Under the pieces are notes generated by a model. The model did no database searches, was not told the origin of the DNA, and saw only the letters and a list, made by a program, of their open reading frames with translations. Position numbers and translations under genes: made by a program. From Eledone cirrhosa (lineage: Eukaryota): a DNA stretch of 64,000 bases. The stretch covers positions 7,006,001-7,070,000 of the forward strand of contig OZ024759.1 in NCBI GenBank assembly GCA_964016885.1. Reading direction: 5' to 3'. Every line of letters begins with the position of its first letter. The stretch's first letter is position 1. Below, one piece after another: positions 30,733 through 44,455 of this stretch.

Positions 30733-32030
30733 TGATATGTGGTGACAGTCGAGTTTGCAATTTTCAACTGCAATGAGATGGGTAAATTTCCTACCTTTTA
30801 ATACATTTTATACAGAGAAAAGTGGCTCCAGAATGCAAAGCCCTGTAAACTGTATTTCGACCAATCAGTGTGTAGTTTCACTGAATTACTACAGCTGATT
30901 GGTTTAAGCGTCACGGCTGGTTGAGCATGCTAACGACCAATAGTCATATCCAACGTATCAATTGTTTTGCTTCTTTTGAAATGATGAAAATAGTATTTTC
31001 TATTAATCATCACCATCAACATCACTTTTATTATTATTATTATTATTGTTGTTGTTGTTGTTGTTAGTGGTCGTGGTCATAGTGGTAGTAGAAGTAATAC
31101 CCCTAGGCGTTATTATTATTCATTTAGCTTGGGTTTGAATTTATCAATAAAATTCTTTTCTTTGATTTTTCTCTTGATTTCACTTGGGCTGTGTAATTTG
31201 TAGAATGGGAATATTATAAATATTCCCTGACCACATGTTGCCAGGTGGCCGCTTAAGAGTATCTGACGGACATTTGGGTCTCTGATTTGTTGACGGTGTA
31301 CCCGTGCACGTTCCGATAGTGCATTTCCAGTTTGACCGACATATAGTTCTTCACAATTCGGGCATTTAATGCAGTAAATTAGATTTCTGCTTTTGCAGTT
31401 CATATTTGCATTTGGGAATATTTTTCCAGTTTTTGTTTTCATATATTGACTGGCGTGTATGGATTGACATGTGCCGCATCGATTATCATTGCATTTAGAT
31501 ACAGTGAATGATTGGTCTTTGTTGTTAAGGTCAAACTTTGCTTTTGTTAGCAATTGCTTCAAATTTTTTGGCTGTCTTTTACTAAGAGTCAAAGATCGAT
31601 CTGTGATTAAGCCTTTTAATTCATTACTTTGAGCAATGATCGGTAGGTTTGCTTTGGCAGTGTTGAAGATATTCTGGTGACATGGGTTGTGTGTCATTAT
31701 AAATGGTATGACCAGTTCTTGGTTTCTTCTTCCTTGGGTTGTCCTAAGTTGTATAGGTATTTTTATAGCCCGCTCTATGCCATTTTCTATAAGTAGAGAT
31801 GGGTATTTTTGTTTGAGCAAAAATTCTCTTAGTTCTGTTATAATCGATGCGGCACTGATAATCGATGCGGCACATGTCAATCCATACACGCCGGTCAATA
31901 TATGAAAACAAAAACTGGAAAAATATTCACAAATGCAAATATGAACTGCAAAAGCAGAAATATAAAAGGTAGGAAATTTACCCATCTCATTACAGTTGAA
32001 AATTGCAAACTCGACTGTCACCACATATCA

Positions 32031-32069
32031 TGAACCTGAAGATTGCGAAAGCATGAAAGTACTTGTTCA
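32031..32069 (+). ncRNA. Minimal hammerhead in the inverted Penelope pLTR
   Basis: Same motif as 30694-30732 on the opposite strand. Confidence 0.85.
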
Positions 32070-32297
32070 ATTAACACTTAGAATTTAATATTCTATCATA
32101 CTATTTCATTATAATACCATTATATATATTTTAAAGGATTGTAAATAAAACGAGTAAATCAGACAAAGTTGGAATTCCTCTTATTAATATAATCTTCTAT
32201 ACACAATCATACACACCCGTGTATATTTACCTATCTATATCTATATATATATGTATATATATATATATGTATATATATATATGTATATATATATATG

Positions 32298-32394
<97 letters not shown>

Positions 32395-32403
32395 GTGTGT
32401 ATA

Positions 32404-32448
<45 letters not shown>

Positions 32449-32464
32449 ATATATATATATGTAC

Positions 32465-32496
<32 letters not shown>

Positions 32497-32537
32497 GTAT
32501 ATATATATATATGTATATATATATGTATATATATATG

Positions 32538-32674
<137 letters not shown>

Positions 32675-32731
32675 GTATATATATATATGTATATATATAT
32701 ATGTATATATATATATGTATATATATATATG

Positions 32732-32814
<83 letters not shown>

Positions 32815-32815
32815 G

Positions 32816-32908
<93 letters not shown>

Positions 32909-32965
32909 GTATATATATATATGTATATATATATATGTATATATATATATATGTATATATATATG

Positions 32966-33050
<85 letters not shown>

Positions 33051-33079
33051 GTATATATATATATGTATATATATATATG

Positions 33080-33112
<33 letters not shown>

Positions 33113-33233
33113 GTATATATATATGTATATATATGTATATATATATGTATATATGTATATATATGTATATATGTATATATATATATGTATATATATATAT
33201 ATGTATATATATATGTATATATATGTATATATG

Positions 33234-33264
<31 letters not shown>

Positions 33265-33361
33265 GTATATATATATGTATATATATATGTATATATGTAT
33301 ATATATGTATATATGTATATATGTATATATATATGTATATATGTATATATATGTATATATG

Positions 33362-33643
<282 letters not shown>

Positions 33644-34103
33644 TGGCTGCCAACTCGTTTTCGAGTACGGCCACTACTTTATATCCATGTAGGAGAACCC
33701 CTACCGATGCGCTGAACGAGTGTGACTTTTTAGTCCAGCCACCGACTTGAAAACTCTAGCACAAACACCCCACTTGTGACCATTATTGACATATAGTGCT
33801 GGGCCCATGGTATATGTGATGACAAGTGCAGAGATATCTCCAGATATAAAGCAATGCCTGTGCCGTGAAGCTTTTATAGTGAGCAAAGGCACTGCACAAA
33901 GCCAGTCCCACTCTCTTAACCAAGATGATATTTACCAAAAAGAAGAACAAGTCAACATCATTGGATACCATCAGGGTTGCAGGTGTTATATCAGAGTTTT
34001 CCTTCTCCTAGAATTCTGCCTTGACAAAGGCTAAGAGGTCATCTCTCCCTGTGATTTTGGATGGCCATTGACTCTTAAGAGCTCCTTTGCCCCTTGTAAA
34101 TGT

Positions 34104-34142
<39 letters not shown>

Positions 34143-35320
34143 AACCAGTAAGACCCCGACAGCTGAGCTCAAGCCGTTTCGACGGCTAATTTACATAACT
34201 ACTATATAAATGTCAATTTCTGTCTGTCTGTGTATCTGTGTAAAACCAGTTGGCTCCTACACCAGAGATCCGATCCTGATGAAACTTTACAAACATGTTA
34301 AGCTAGTATTCAGAAACAGGACTGGCTAATTGGGTTTCAATAAAAATAATGGAACCCCTGGGGACATCTTTACAATGGAGGAGGAAAGAGAAGACTTTCG
34401 GTGAGAGAGGGGAAAGAGATACTACTACTGTATATTAAACCCTTCCTCCCACTACTCCCCTTTCTTCTACCACAACTCAATCCTCCAAAACAACATAATA
34501 AAACCTAAATCATATGTTGACGAATATTCCTACTCCCGGCATGTTAATTGTAACATGGCGTCTTTGAGAGTAGAGTTTATTTCGTCGATATTTCGATGTG
34601 TTGGATCGTGGGTAGATTAACACGAATTAAGAAGATGTAACTTCTCCCCCATTATTGACACTTTGCAACAGTGAATGTTACAAGGCCCTCTTTAGGGCCA
34701 ACACTTCTGATTGTTTATCCTACTTATTATGGTGTGTTTTATGTCTACTATAGGGGGAAAATGGGATGGTTTTATTGAATTGCTCCAGTCATTCGAAGGG
34801 TCTTACAAATGGTGATATACAGGGTGCTTGAACAGTAACTGAATATGTTCACTCGGTTATAATGTCTTCAATGACTTCCTCAATTGTTCTGTGTTTGTTC
34901 TTGAGTGCTAAGGCAGTAAGTTTGCTATTCTTATACATAAGTTTGTTGAATAAGTTCAATACTCTTCTAGCTCAAACTTCCATGGCTTATTCACTCTGAA
35001 TGAAGAAAGCTGGATGGAAAAAGGACTAAAACAGCTATTGATAGTTCCACATAAAAAAATTGATCTGCCATATACACACCTAGCAAAGGTTGCTATTGAA
35101 AATCCAGTATGGGCACCCAGGGTCGCTAGCATTTTCAGGCGTACTCTGGGAACTGTGAATAACCACGCCTTTTCTGGGTATCACCAGGTACTGCAACTAG
35201 TATATATGTATATGTATGTATGTATGTGTGTGTACAGTATATATATATATATGTATATGTATGTATGTATGTGTGTGTACAGTATATATATATGACAGCA
35301 ACTTTATGGAAGGTCAACTA

Positions 35321-35363
<43 letters not shown>

Positions 35364-35498
35364 TGAATCAAAAGAATACAAATATAACTTCGTCCTATAT
35401 ATATACACTCTACCATTGTGTGTGTATATATATAAGTATGTTTATATATATATGTATGTATATAAATGTATATATATATGTCTATGTAAGTATATATG

Positions 35499-35529
<31 letters not shown>

Positions 35530-36275
35530 ATATATATGTTTATGTATATGTATGTATATATATATATGTGTGTGTGTGTGTATATAAATATGTGCATATA
35601 TGTATGTATGTATGTGTATATATGTATGTGTATGTATGTATGTGTATATGTGTATGTATGTGTATATATGTATATATATATATGCATGTATGTATGTATA
35701 TATATATATGTATGTATATATATATATATGTATGTATATCTATGTATGTATGTATATCTATGTATGTATATATATATATGTATGTATGTGTGTATATGTT
35801 TATATATATATATTTATATGTATTTATGGGTGTATATACATGTATATATGTATATTGTATTTATATATGTAAGTATATATATATGTATATATATATGTAT
35901 GTAAATATATGTATATATACATATATTTGTTGGAATGTGAATGTATGTATGTATAAATGTACACACGTACACATATACACACCCACATTTTAAGTTGATA
36001 TTTGTTTCAGGCGTGTATAGATATGTAAATAAATATACACACACACATACACACATACACACATACACACATACACACATACACACATACACACGTACAC
36101 ACACACAAACACACACATACACTTAGATAGCATTGTCATTTATGTCCGGTTGCGTATATACATATATGTTTGTATATACATGTATATGCATATGTATGTA
36201 TTCATACATATGTAACCCCCCCACCCATATATATATATATGTGTGTGTGTGTGGGGGCGGGGGGGTGTTTGCGTA

Positions 36276-36309
<34 letters not shown>

Positions 36310-36549
36310 TACGCAAACAAACACACACACACACACACACACACACATATGTGTGGGGGGTGTTTGCGTACTTATATATATATATATATATATATATATA
36401 AGTACGCAAACACACACACACACCCACACACACACACACACACACGTGTGTGTGGGTGTGGGTGTTTGCGTACTTATATAAATACCTGAACTGCCGGTAG
36501 AAAACCCGTATATGCTCGTTGTAGATCTGAAGAACCAGACAGGAGAAAA

Positions 36550-36576
36550 CAGAGAGAGATAGAGAGAGAGACAACG

Positions 36577-36615
<39 letters not shown>

Positions 36616-36687
36616 ACGACAGCGAGAGAGAGAGAGACAACGACAGCGAGAGAGGGAGAGAGAGAGAGAGAGAGAGACAACGACAGC

Positions 36688-36719
<32 letters not shown>

Positions 36720-36777
36720 CAGCGAGAGAGAGAGAGATAAAGAGAGAGACAAGGACAGCGAGAGAGGGAGAGATAGA

Positions 36778-36829
<52 letters not shown>

Positions 36830-36937
36830 CAGCGAGAGAGAGAGAGATAAAGAGAGAGACAAGGACAGCGAGAGAGAGAGAGAGAGAGAGATAGAGAGAG
36901 AGACAAGGACAACGAGAGAGAGAGAGATAGAGAGAGA
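36550..36937 (+). repeat. Compound (GA)n repeat immediately 5' of the ferroxidase ATG
   Basis: GA runs interrupted by ACAACGACAGC/ACAAGGACAGC units, ending 11 bp before the ATG. Confidence 0.9.
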
Positions 36938-36948
36938 TTGGAAGCATC

Positions 36949-37139
36949 ATGCCTGGGATCGTTACTTGGTGTGGCCTGCTCCCGCTTCTGGCCCTTACCG
37001 TCTGGTCCCCAAACAGCGTCCAAGGATGGTGGTGGAAACGTACAATGCCTATCGTCCGGGTATACTATATAGGGGCCGTAGAAATGATGTGGGATTTTGC
37101 TCCTTCTGGGCGTGACCTGGTATTCGCCTCAAAACACAG
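36949..37139 (+). CDS. Exon 1 of ceruloplasmin/hephaestin-like multicopper ferroxidase (signal peptide plus start of cupredoxin domain 1)
   Basis: ATG at 36949; hydrophobic leader MPGIVTWCGLLPLLALTVWS; RVYYIGAVEMMWDFAP resembles the ceruloplasmin-family YYI.....WDYAP motif; donor CAG|GTAAAT, phase 2. Confidence 0.88.
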
Positions 37140-37558
37140 GTAAATAGTATTTATATTTTGTTCGTTGCTCTACCCACTCTGCCGCCATTCCACCGCCATA
37201 ATTCTGCTATAATAATAATTATTATTTTTACTTTAGGCACAAGGCCAGCAATTTGGGGAGGGGGGGGTCGATTAAATTGAACCAGTACATTACTGGTATT
37301 TCATTTTATTGACCCTGTAAGGATGAAAGGCAAAACTAACCTAGGCTGGATTTGCACTCAGAACGTATAGGGCCGTTACTCTATACTGCAAAGCATGGTG
37401 TCCGACGCTCTACCAATTGTGCTAATAATATTTATAATAATTGTTTCTACTTTTGGCACAAGGCCAGCAATTACCCCAATGCATTACTGGTATTTCAGAC
37501 ACTGGAGCCTGTAAACAGGAATTCTACCTAAACTATATCACTTCATATTTAACATATA

Positions 37559-39174
37559 CAGTGCCCCGCAAAAGTTTACAACACATTAGGAAAAGTGTGG
37601 TTTTAGGTATTTTTAATAAAGTTAGGGTAATGAAAATTTAACTACTGATAGAACATATAATGAGGCATTTAATGATATAATCATATTTAAAAAAAAATAA
37701 CAAGGAAATAACTCATTAAGAAAAATCAATATTTTTATAACGCAAAAGTTTACAACACATTTATTAAATCATCTCTTAATATTTCGTAGCGTAACCTTTG
37801 TTGCTAATTATAGCCTGTAGGCGTTTGGAGTAGCCTCCTACAAACTTCTTGCATGTTTCTTGGCTAATATTTTTCCATTCTTCACTACAAATTTTCTTTA
37901 GTTCAGGGATATTTTGGGGTTTCCTTTTTTGAATTCTGAGTTTCAGTTCTCTCCACAAATTTTCGATCGGGTTAAGATCTGGAGACTGACTTGGCCATTT
38001 TAGAACATTTATTCCATTCGTACTTAACCAAGATTGTGTTAGCTTTGCAGTATGCTTTGGATCGTTATCTTGTTGAAAAAACCAACCTGGCTTTAAGCTG
38101 AGAGAATGTGCACTTTGATGTAAATTCCTTTGCAAAATACCTCAATAATAAGTGCCACCCATTCTTCCTTCTATTATTTCAATATTTCCTACTCCTGTGG
38201 CGCTAAAGCAACCCCAGACCATGATTGATCCACCTCCAAATTTTACAGTTGGAATAGTATTCTTCGGCGAATATTCAGTACCTTTCTTTCTCCAGACTTT
38301 TGCCACAGCATTTCGACCAAAAAAGTTCAATTTTTGTTTCGTCCGACTAAAATATGTCTTCCCAAAATGACGCAGGTTTGATGAGATGCTCATTTGCAAA
38401 GTTTAATCGACGAAGAACGTGTTTCCTAGTAAGAAGTGGTGTTTTCCTTGGAGACCTCGAGAAGATATTATATCGACGAAGTGAACGACTAATTGTATCT
38501 GTGCTCACTTTTACTCCACTTTCTTCTAGGTCATCCTGAAGATTTTAAAGAGTACACCGGGGTTCGTTGCCAACCTTTCTCATCAATAACCGAGCTGCAC
38601 GTTCCGTTATCTTTCTAGGACGACCAGAACTAATTAGAGGACAGATGGAATGATGAGATTTCCAGTGACGAATTATAGTACCAACTGAACTCAATGGTAC
38701 ATTTAACTGACAAGATATCTTTCTATAACTAACACCATTTGTATGAAGGTCTACAATGCTTTTACGGAGGTCTTGATCAATCAGTTTATTTTTCCCCATA
38801 TTGTCAATGTTTACAGGATGGTTGTCAATGTTTACAGGATGGTTGTCAGACAAATAATGACGTAATGTTTTTAATAGTCCTTAGAAGTTACCTTAAACCT
38901 AATCTAGAACATTCTACTGAATTTTAAATCTGAAATTTTAAGAATTTTCTTGAAAAAAAGCGATAAATATAAAATGTGTTGTAAACTTTTGCGTTATAAA
39001 AATATTGATTTTTCTTCATGAGTTATTTCCTTGTTATTTTAAAAAAATATGATTGTATCATTAAATGCCTCATTATATGTTCTATCAGTAGTTAAATTTT
39101 CATTACCCTAACTTTATTAAAAATACCTAAAACCGCATTTTTCCTAATGTGTTGTAAACTTTTGCGGGGCACTG
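37559..39174 (-). mobile_element. Tc1/mariner DNA transposon, IR/DR type, frameshifted transposase
   Basis: TA|CAGTGCCCC...GGGGCACTG|TA; about 204-bp TIRs, each with two CGCAAAAGTTTACAACACATT repeats; transposase 38799-37776 with [39 protein letters not shown]. Confidence 0.96.
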
Positions 39175-39787
39175 TATGCATGTATATATGTATGTGTGTG
39201 TGTATATATATATATATATATACATATGGAATGCACCTCAGTCTGTGTTTGTGCGTGTGTGCTTGCAACGATGTGCGTTGACATACACGCATATGTACTC
39301 TATGCCGAAATAGGAACTGTAGTCCTTTGCATTTCCGGATTTTGACACTCAGGTTGTTGGTGTTTTACACTCCACTGTTACCTCATTGGATCTTAAAACG
39401 CACAATTCGATGATAGTGTAAGAATTGTAATTCCTTACACTTCTCGATTCTAACACACAGCCTTTCTACTTCAGTCAATGTTTTCCAAATCTTTCAAACT
39501 TTGATAAAACATTTTATTTTATTTTATTTTTTTATTGAAATGGTGGCAGGATAGATGCTAACCCACACACACAAATTCTTCCGAACATAGCAGCAGCAAA
39601 CCAAAGCTGACCTGCCAGCTGACCCCTTTTTTTGGGGGGTCTTTACTGGACCTTTTTTGTGTTTCTCCATTGTGATCCTGTCTCTGTACCCTGAAGAAGG
39701 GCTGACATGTCCAACTTTCTTTCCTCTTTCCAATATGAAACGTGAAACTAATGAGACTTTTTGTACCTCTGTTTGTTGTCTCCTTCA

Positions 39788-39896
<109 letters not shown>

Positions 39897-40763
39897 TAAG
39901 TATTTCCGTAGAAAAGGTAAAGGAAATAAGAGTGCTCTATATATAGTACAGAGCTATTTCATTATGTAATAAACAACACAATATAACTATTTCATGTGAT
40001 AAAATAACTATCTATAACTATATATATATATATATACATTAAATCTATAACTATATATATATATACATTAAATAATATATATATTATTTAATGTATATAT
40101 ATATATATATATACATTAAATAATATATATATTATTTTTAAAAAGCCTTCGTGAGCCCCTTTTTTTTTAAGTAAAAAGAAATTCAAACACACAACACACA
40201 CAACACACGCACACACACACACACACACAAGCACACAAATAAACATACATATCTTGACTTTCTTTATTCAATAGAAAATCTAAATTCTGACACCCCAGCG
40301 AACTAACCATATTCACTGAACCAGAACAATTCTCCCATCCCATTTCTCTTGACCATTATCTTTTGCTTGTCATAAAATTCTCTAAAACAGCTACAGAATA
40401 GATTTCCAAATAAGGGCGCGAAAATTTAATGAAAACTTGTTCACGTGACAGCCATAATTTATTTTATAACCAATCAAATTACGTTTATTTAAAAAAAAGC
40501 CTTCGTGGGCCCCCTTTTTTTTAAGTAAAAAGAAATTCAAAGACTCATATATGAAAAAAAACAACCTGTGACCCCCCCCCCCCCCCTTGTTTGAAGAACT
40601 TTGTAACGCGAACTGGCGCGAAATTTATTATAATTATTGACCAACCAATCAAATTACTTCTCTAAAAACCTGGCATTTCGAGCCACTTTTTTCAATATAA
40701 AACAAGTAACATTCAGAGACCAACCAGATGTGAGAAAAACCACAGACCCTCCATCTCAACTCA

Positions 40764-40801
40764 CCTTTTGAAAAGCAGAAGAACTGCGAAACCGGTAAAG
40801 G
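40764..40801 (+). ncRNA. Minimal hammerhead with U3-A8 core (related copies at 47277-47312 -, 48431-48466 +, 48751-48794 -)
   Basis: CCUU UUGAAAA GCAG-AAGAA-CUGC GAAA CCGG UA AAGG. Confidence 0.75.
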
Positions 40802-40941
40802 AACCAAATAAATATATATATTTTTTTTTAAATAAGACTCCAGTTGCATTTTCGATTTCATCTTTTTTTCTTTATACTTTCACTCGTGTAGGACACCTCA
40901 GTTATTTTTCATTTTGTAAAAAAAAACCTTACTTTCTAATT

Positions 40942-40989
<48 letters not shown>

Positions 40990-41529
40990 AAAGTTTTATT
41001 TAAAATTGTTGGGTTACAACAAGTAAATATTTTATAACTGATATAAAGCACTCGACAAGTTTTTGGAGTAAATATACGATATTAAACAAATGGAAACTAT
41101 ATTTATAAAACCATATTTATTTCATTATACATATTTCAGGGATACCATATTAAAAATATTTTAATATTTTTATATTTTTAATATTTTTCTCTCCGTTTCT
41201 TCTGTAACTGTGCTTAACACTATAACTAAATAATTACCGTACTCCCTCCCTCTTAAATCTCTCAATTTGTATGATGAATTATTATTATTCATCTGTTACC
41301 TTCGGTTGCCTCTCTTTTTTCACCTCCTCCCTATTTCTCTCTCCCCTATCTCTCTCTATTTCTCTCTGTTTTTCTTTACACACATTTCTTCTTTTTCCCC
41401 GTCTTTCTTTATAACTGTGCTTAACACTAAATATTTATAAACACTTCACTACCAAGCCAGCTTCCTACCTTAATGGGCGCTTATATTTATGGTACGTCAA
41501 AATTATTTATAAAATTGTTTATATATTGT

Positions 41530-41593
41530 ATTTTATCTGACGAATGCATGCCATATTTCTAATATGGTATCCCTGAAATATGTATAATGAAAT
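41530..41593 (+). ncRNA. Hammerhead, family A (intron 1)
   Basis: AUUUUAU CUGACGA..GAAA UAUGUA UA AUGAAAU; stem II partly mismatched; truncated inverted partner near 41040-41160. Confidence 0.6.
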
Positions 41594-41634
41594 AAATATG
41601 GTTTTATAAATATAGTTTCCATTTGTTTAATATC

Positions 41635-41687
<53 letters not shown>

Positions 41688-41891
41688 AACCGGTAAGACC
41701 CCGACAGCTGAGCTCAAGCCGTTTCGACGGCTAATTCTGGACTAAATGAAAATTTATCCTGGTATTTAAATAGCCGATCTTCTCAAGGGGTAATTCCATA
41801 TATGGTCAAAGTGATTGTCAAAAATCAGTAGTAATTCTGTGGTTGCAAATTAGTAGGGGAGATGGTGGCTAAACCTGCCATATATGGAATT

Positions 41892-41985
41892 ACCCCTTGA
41901 GAAGATCGGCTATTTAAATACCAGGATAAATTTTCATTTAGTCCAGAATTAGCCGTCGAAACGGCTTGAGCTCAGCTGTCGGGGT
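41892..41985 (+). ncRNA. Hammerhead with U3-A8 core (inverted copy at 41698-41791, -)
   Basis: ACCCC UUGAGAA GA-U-CGGCUA..UAGCCG-UC GAAA CGGCU-UGAGCUC-AGCU GUC GGGGU. Confidence 0.75.
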
Positions 41986-42076
41986 CTTACTGGTTCCTAT
42001 TACCCACTCTACTACCTCAAGTATTGAGTACTTTGGTGCGTTATGGTCCACCTGGTTCCTTACCACATTTCCTTCG

Positions 42077-42151
<75 letters not shown>

Positions 42152-42828
42152 CAGAGTACCCGACCTCCCATGGGTACAAGCTGAAGCATATAGACAATAT
42201 GCCCCCACTCCCCCCACCGCAAGGTGGTCCTGGAGGTGCCACGGCAAAAAAGCACCCAGCCCACACTGTAAAGTGGACGTGTAGGCGCCACGGAAAAAGC
42301 ACCCAGCACTCACTGTAAATGAGGTTGGTGTTAGGAAGGGCATCCAGCTGTAGAAATCAAGCCAAAATCAGTTCCTGTATGAGCAAGGCATGGTCAGCCG
42401 ACCAGACACTGCCCACAATAGGACAACCCGTCTAACCCATGCTAGCATGGAAGAACGGACGTAAAACGGTGATGATGATGATATTAATAAAAGATCAGAG
42501 GCCATATTCAGTTGATTCAGGTTCATTTAAAACTCTGTTCCACATATTTCACTGAGGATTATTAGTTAAGACAGTCTGAGCTCTTCAGACGGCAAAACCT
42601 AAAATAAACATTGAAAGTTCTTAAGAAGCCTTTCAGTTTGGAAAAATCCAATAATTTTCCCGAAAAAGATTTTCTTTTCGTGATACAAAGGTTGGCCTGC
42701 CCCTGTATACATACATATATATATACGAATGTATATATAGTGTATTTTACAATACACTGTATGCTTAATTATAAGCATTTTGAAGACCATACGTTATTGT
42801 TTTAAATTTTCGGCAGACGGGGGGAGAT

Positions 42829-42873
42829 AAGTTGACAGCGCTGTTTTGTACTAATTGGTACTTGTCAAAACTC
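42829..42873 (-). ncRNA. Hammerhead-like fold, family B, U3-A8 plus A12 core
   Basis: GAGUU UUGACAA GUAC-CAAUUA-GUAC AAAA C AGCGCU GUC AACUU, enclosed by a long outer stem (about 42805-42899). Confidence 0.6.
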
Positions 42874-43862
42874 AGTACTCTCCCCGTCTGCCGAAAATTA
42901 TGAGTTCAGTTCTCAGACCGGGTGATGTGTTGTTTCCTTGAGCAAGATACTTTATTTCACATTGCTCCAGTTTACTCAGCTGTAGAAATGAGATGATAGG
43001 GACTAGGGTCCCTATCATACCACTGCAAAGTGGTCATGTAGGCGCCACGGTAAAAAAGTCATGGTCAAATTGACTAACTACTTCTACCTTCATCTCCACA
43101 CCGATGCATGTTTGCCTTTCTCATATATATTTTTTCTCATACTTTTTCTCATACATGTTCCCTCTCTCATTTTGCATCTATGTCCCTTTCCTTTGGTTTT
43201 GTTTTGATTCATGTGCTAGAAGATATCAACTAATTGTTTACCTAATTACTACGTTTCATACCTTAATTTATCTTCTGTTCTACTATACGGTACTATCGTT
43301 CAATATATGGATAATATATCTGAAGTATTCAATATTGACCCGCTTTTCTAAACTTCTTACTTTAATTTAAACATCTCCCTATTTACTCTTTATAAATATT
43401 TTTTTTTATTCACTTCAATCAAGTTTTTAACGTTTAATTTTTAATTTCCACTGTGAAACCATAATATCTAGAATTAAGTTTATATTCACATAGCGGGGAT
43501 GGTCAACCCCATTGTCCAGGCAGAGATTATGGGTAGTATTGAAACCTATTGAAACTCATACTCTGCCATCACCACCTGACTTTGGCTAGCTGTCATTCAC
43601 AGCATAATTTAACAGTGGTCATATTACAAACCTGGACGGAGTGGTCGTTTGGTTGGCTGGGGGGAGGGTCATGCCTAGGGTAGTTTTTGGTGAGTTTGGT
43701 GTAGTGGATGACCAGCTTTCGTTTGCGCCTGCGCAGACTTGCGGAGGTGAATTGTTGACCACAAAGGAACGGACAGGTGAACGGGCAAGAACACACGCCT
43801 TGTCCGTTCCCTTGTCGGTTCTGTTTGGATTGCCTTGAGAACGTAACCTTATTATATAAGAA

Positions 43863-43937
43863 GCTGTCTGATGAGGTCACGGCACTGGGTACACGGAATC
43901 GTGTGGCCACTGTCGTCATTGAAATATATATCACAGC
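43863..43937 (+). ncRNA. Type I hammerhead ribozyme (intron 1, sense strand)
   Basis: GCUGU/ACAGC stem I, CUGAUGA, long stem II (ACGGCA/UGUCGU, UGG/CCA, UACACG/CGUGUG), GAAA UAUAUA UC; predicted cut after 43932; AATAAA follows. Confidence 0.85.
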
Positions 43938-44077
43938 ATTACCAATAAAGGACTTTAATATCTGAAACTACGCATTTTCTCATTCTATATATATATGAGA
44001 GAGAGAGAGACACTTCCTGCATATTTAACATCAAGTCATATATATATATATATGACTTGATATATATATATATATAT

Positions 44078-44455
44078 CATCATCACAGTTTTACGTCCGT
44101 TCTTCCACGATAGCATGGGTTAGACGGGTTGTCCTGTTGTGGGCAGTGTCCGGTCGGCTGATCTTGTTTTGCTCATACGGGAACTCATCCTGGCTTGATT
44201 TCTACAGCTGGATGCCCTTCCTAACACCAACCTCATTTACAGTGAGTGCTGGGTGCTTTTTTGCCGTGGCACCTCCACGACCACTTTGCAGTGGAATGAT
44301 AGGGACCCCAGTCCCTATCATCTCATTTCTACAGCTGAGTAAACTGGAGCAATGTGAAATAAAGTGTCTTGCTCAAGGAAACAACACATCACCCGGTCCG
44401 AGAATTGAACTCACAACCTTTCGATTGCAAGCTCAATGCTCTAACTCAATAGCCA
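44078..44455 (-). mobile_element. Second SINE family with (GAT)n tail (+ copies at about 42230-42482, 42900-43060, 46532-46930)
   Basis: Shared TTCCTTGAGCAAGACACTTTATTTCACATTGCTCCAG core and GGTGTTAGGAAGGGCATCCAGCTGTAGAAA..GGACGTAAAAC tail. Confidence 0.8.

Larger units (their letters stand above)
30573..32188 (-). mobile_element. 5'-truncated Penelope-like retroelement with GIY-YIG endonuclease and inverted pseudo-LTRs
   Basis: ORF ending at 31116 contains CNDNRCGTC, NLIYCIKCPNCEELYVGQTGNALSERARVH and ..E.NFIDKFKPKLN; about 225-bp inverted terminal copies (30573-30800 and 31965-32188); flanked by (TA)n. Confidence 0.92.

Noticed and set aside
34500-35150. Possible decayed retroelement ORF on the - strand
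   Set aside because: Non-repetitive sequence with no diagnostic motif I could identify
36265-36480. Metal response elements upstream of a copper-protein gene
   Set aside because: The motif TGCGTAC does not match the MRE core TGCRCNC
36520-36560. CTGAAGA..GAAAAC near the promoter as a hammerhead
   Set aside because: No stems I, II or III can be formed
39685-39755. CTGAAGA..GAAAC candidate hammerhead
   Set aside because: Stem II and stem I pairings are not convincing
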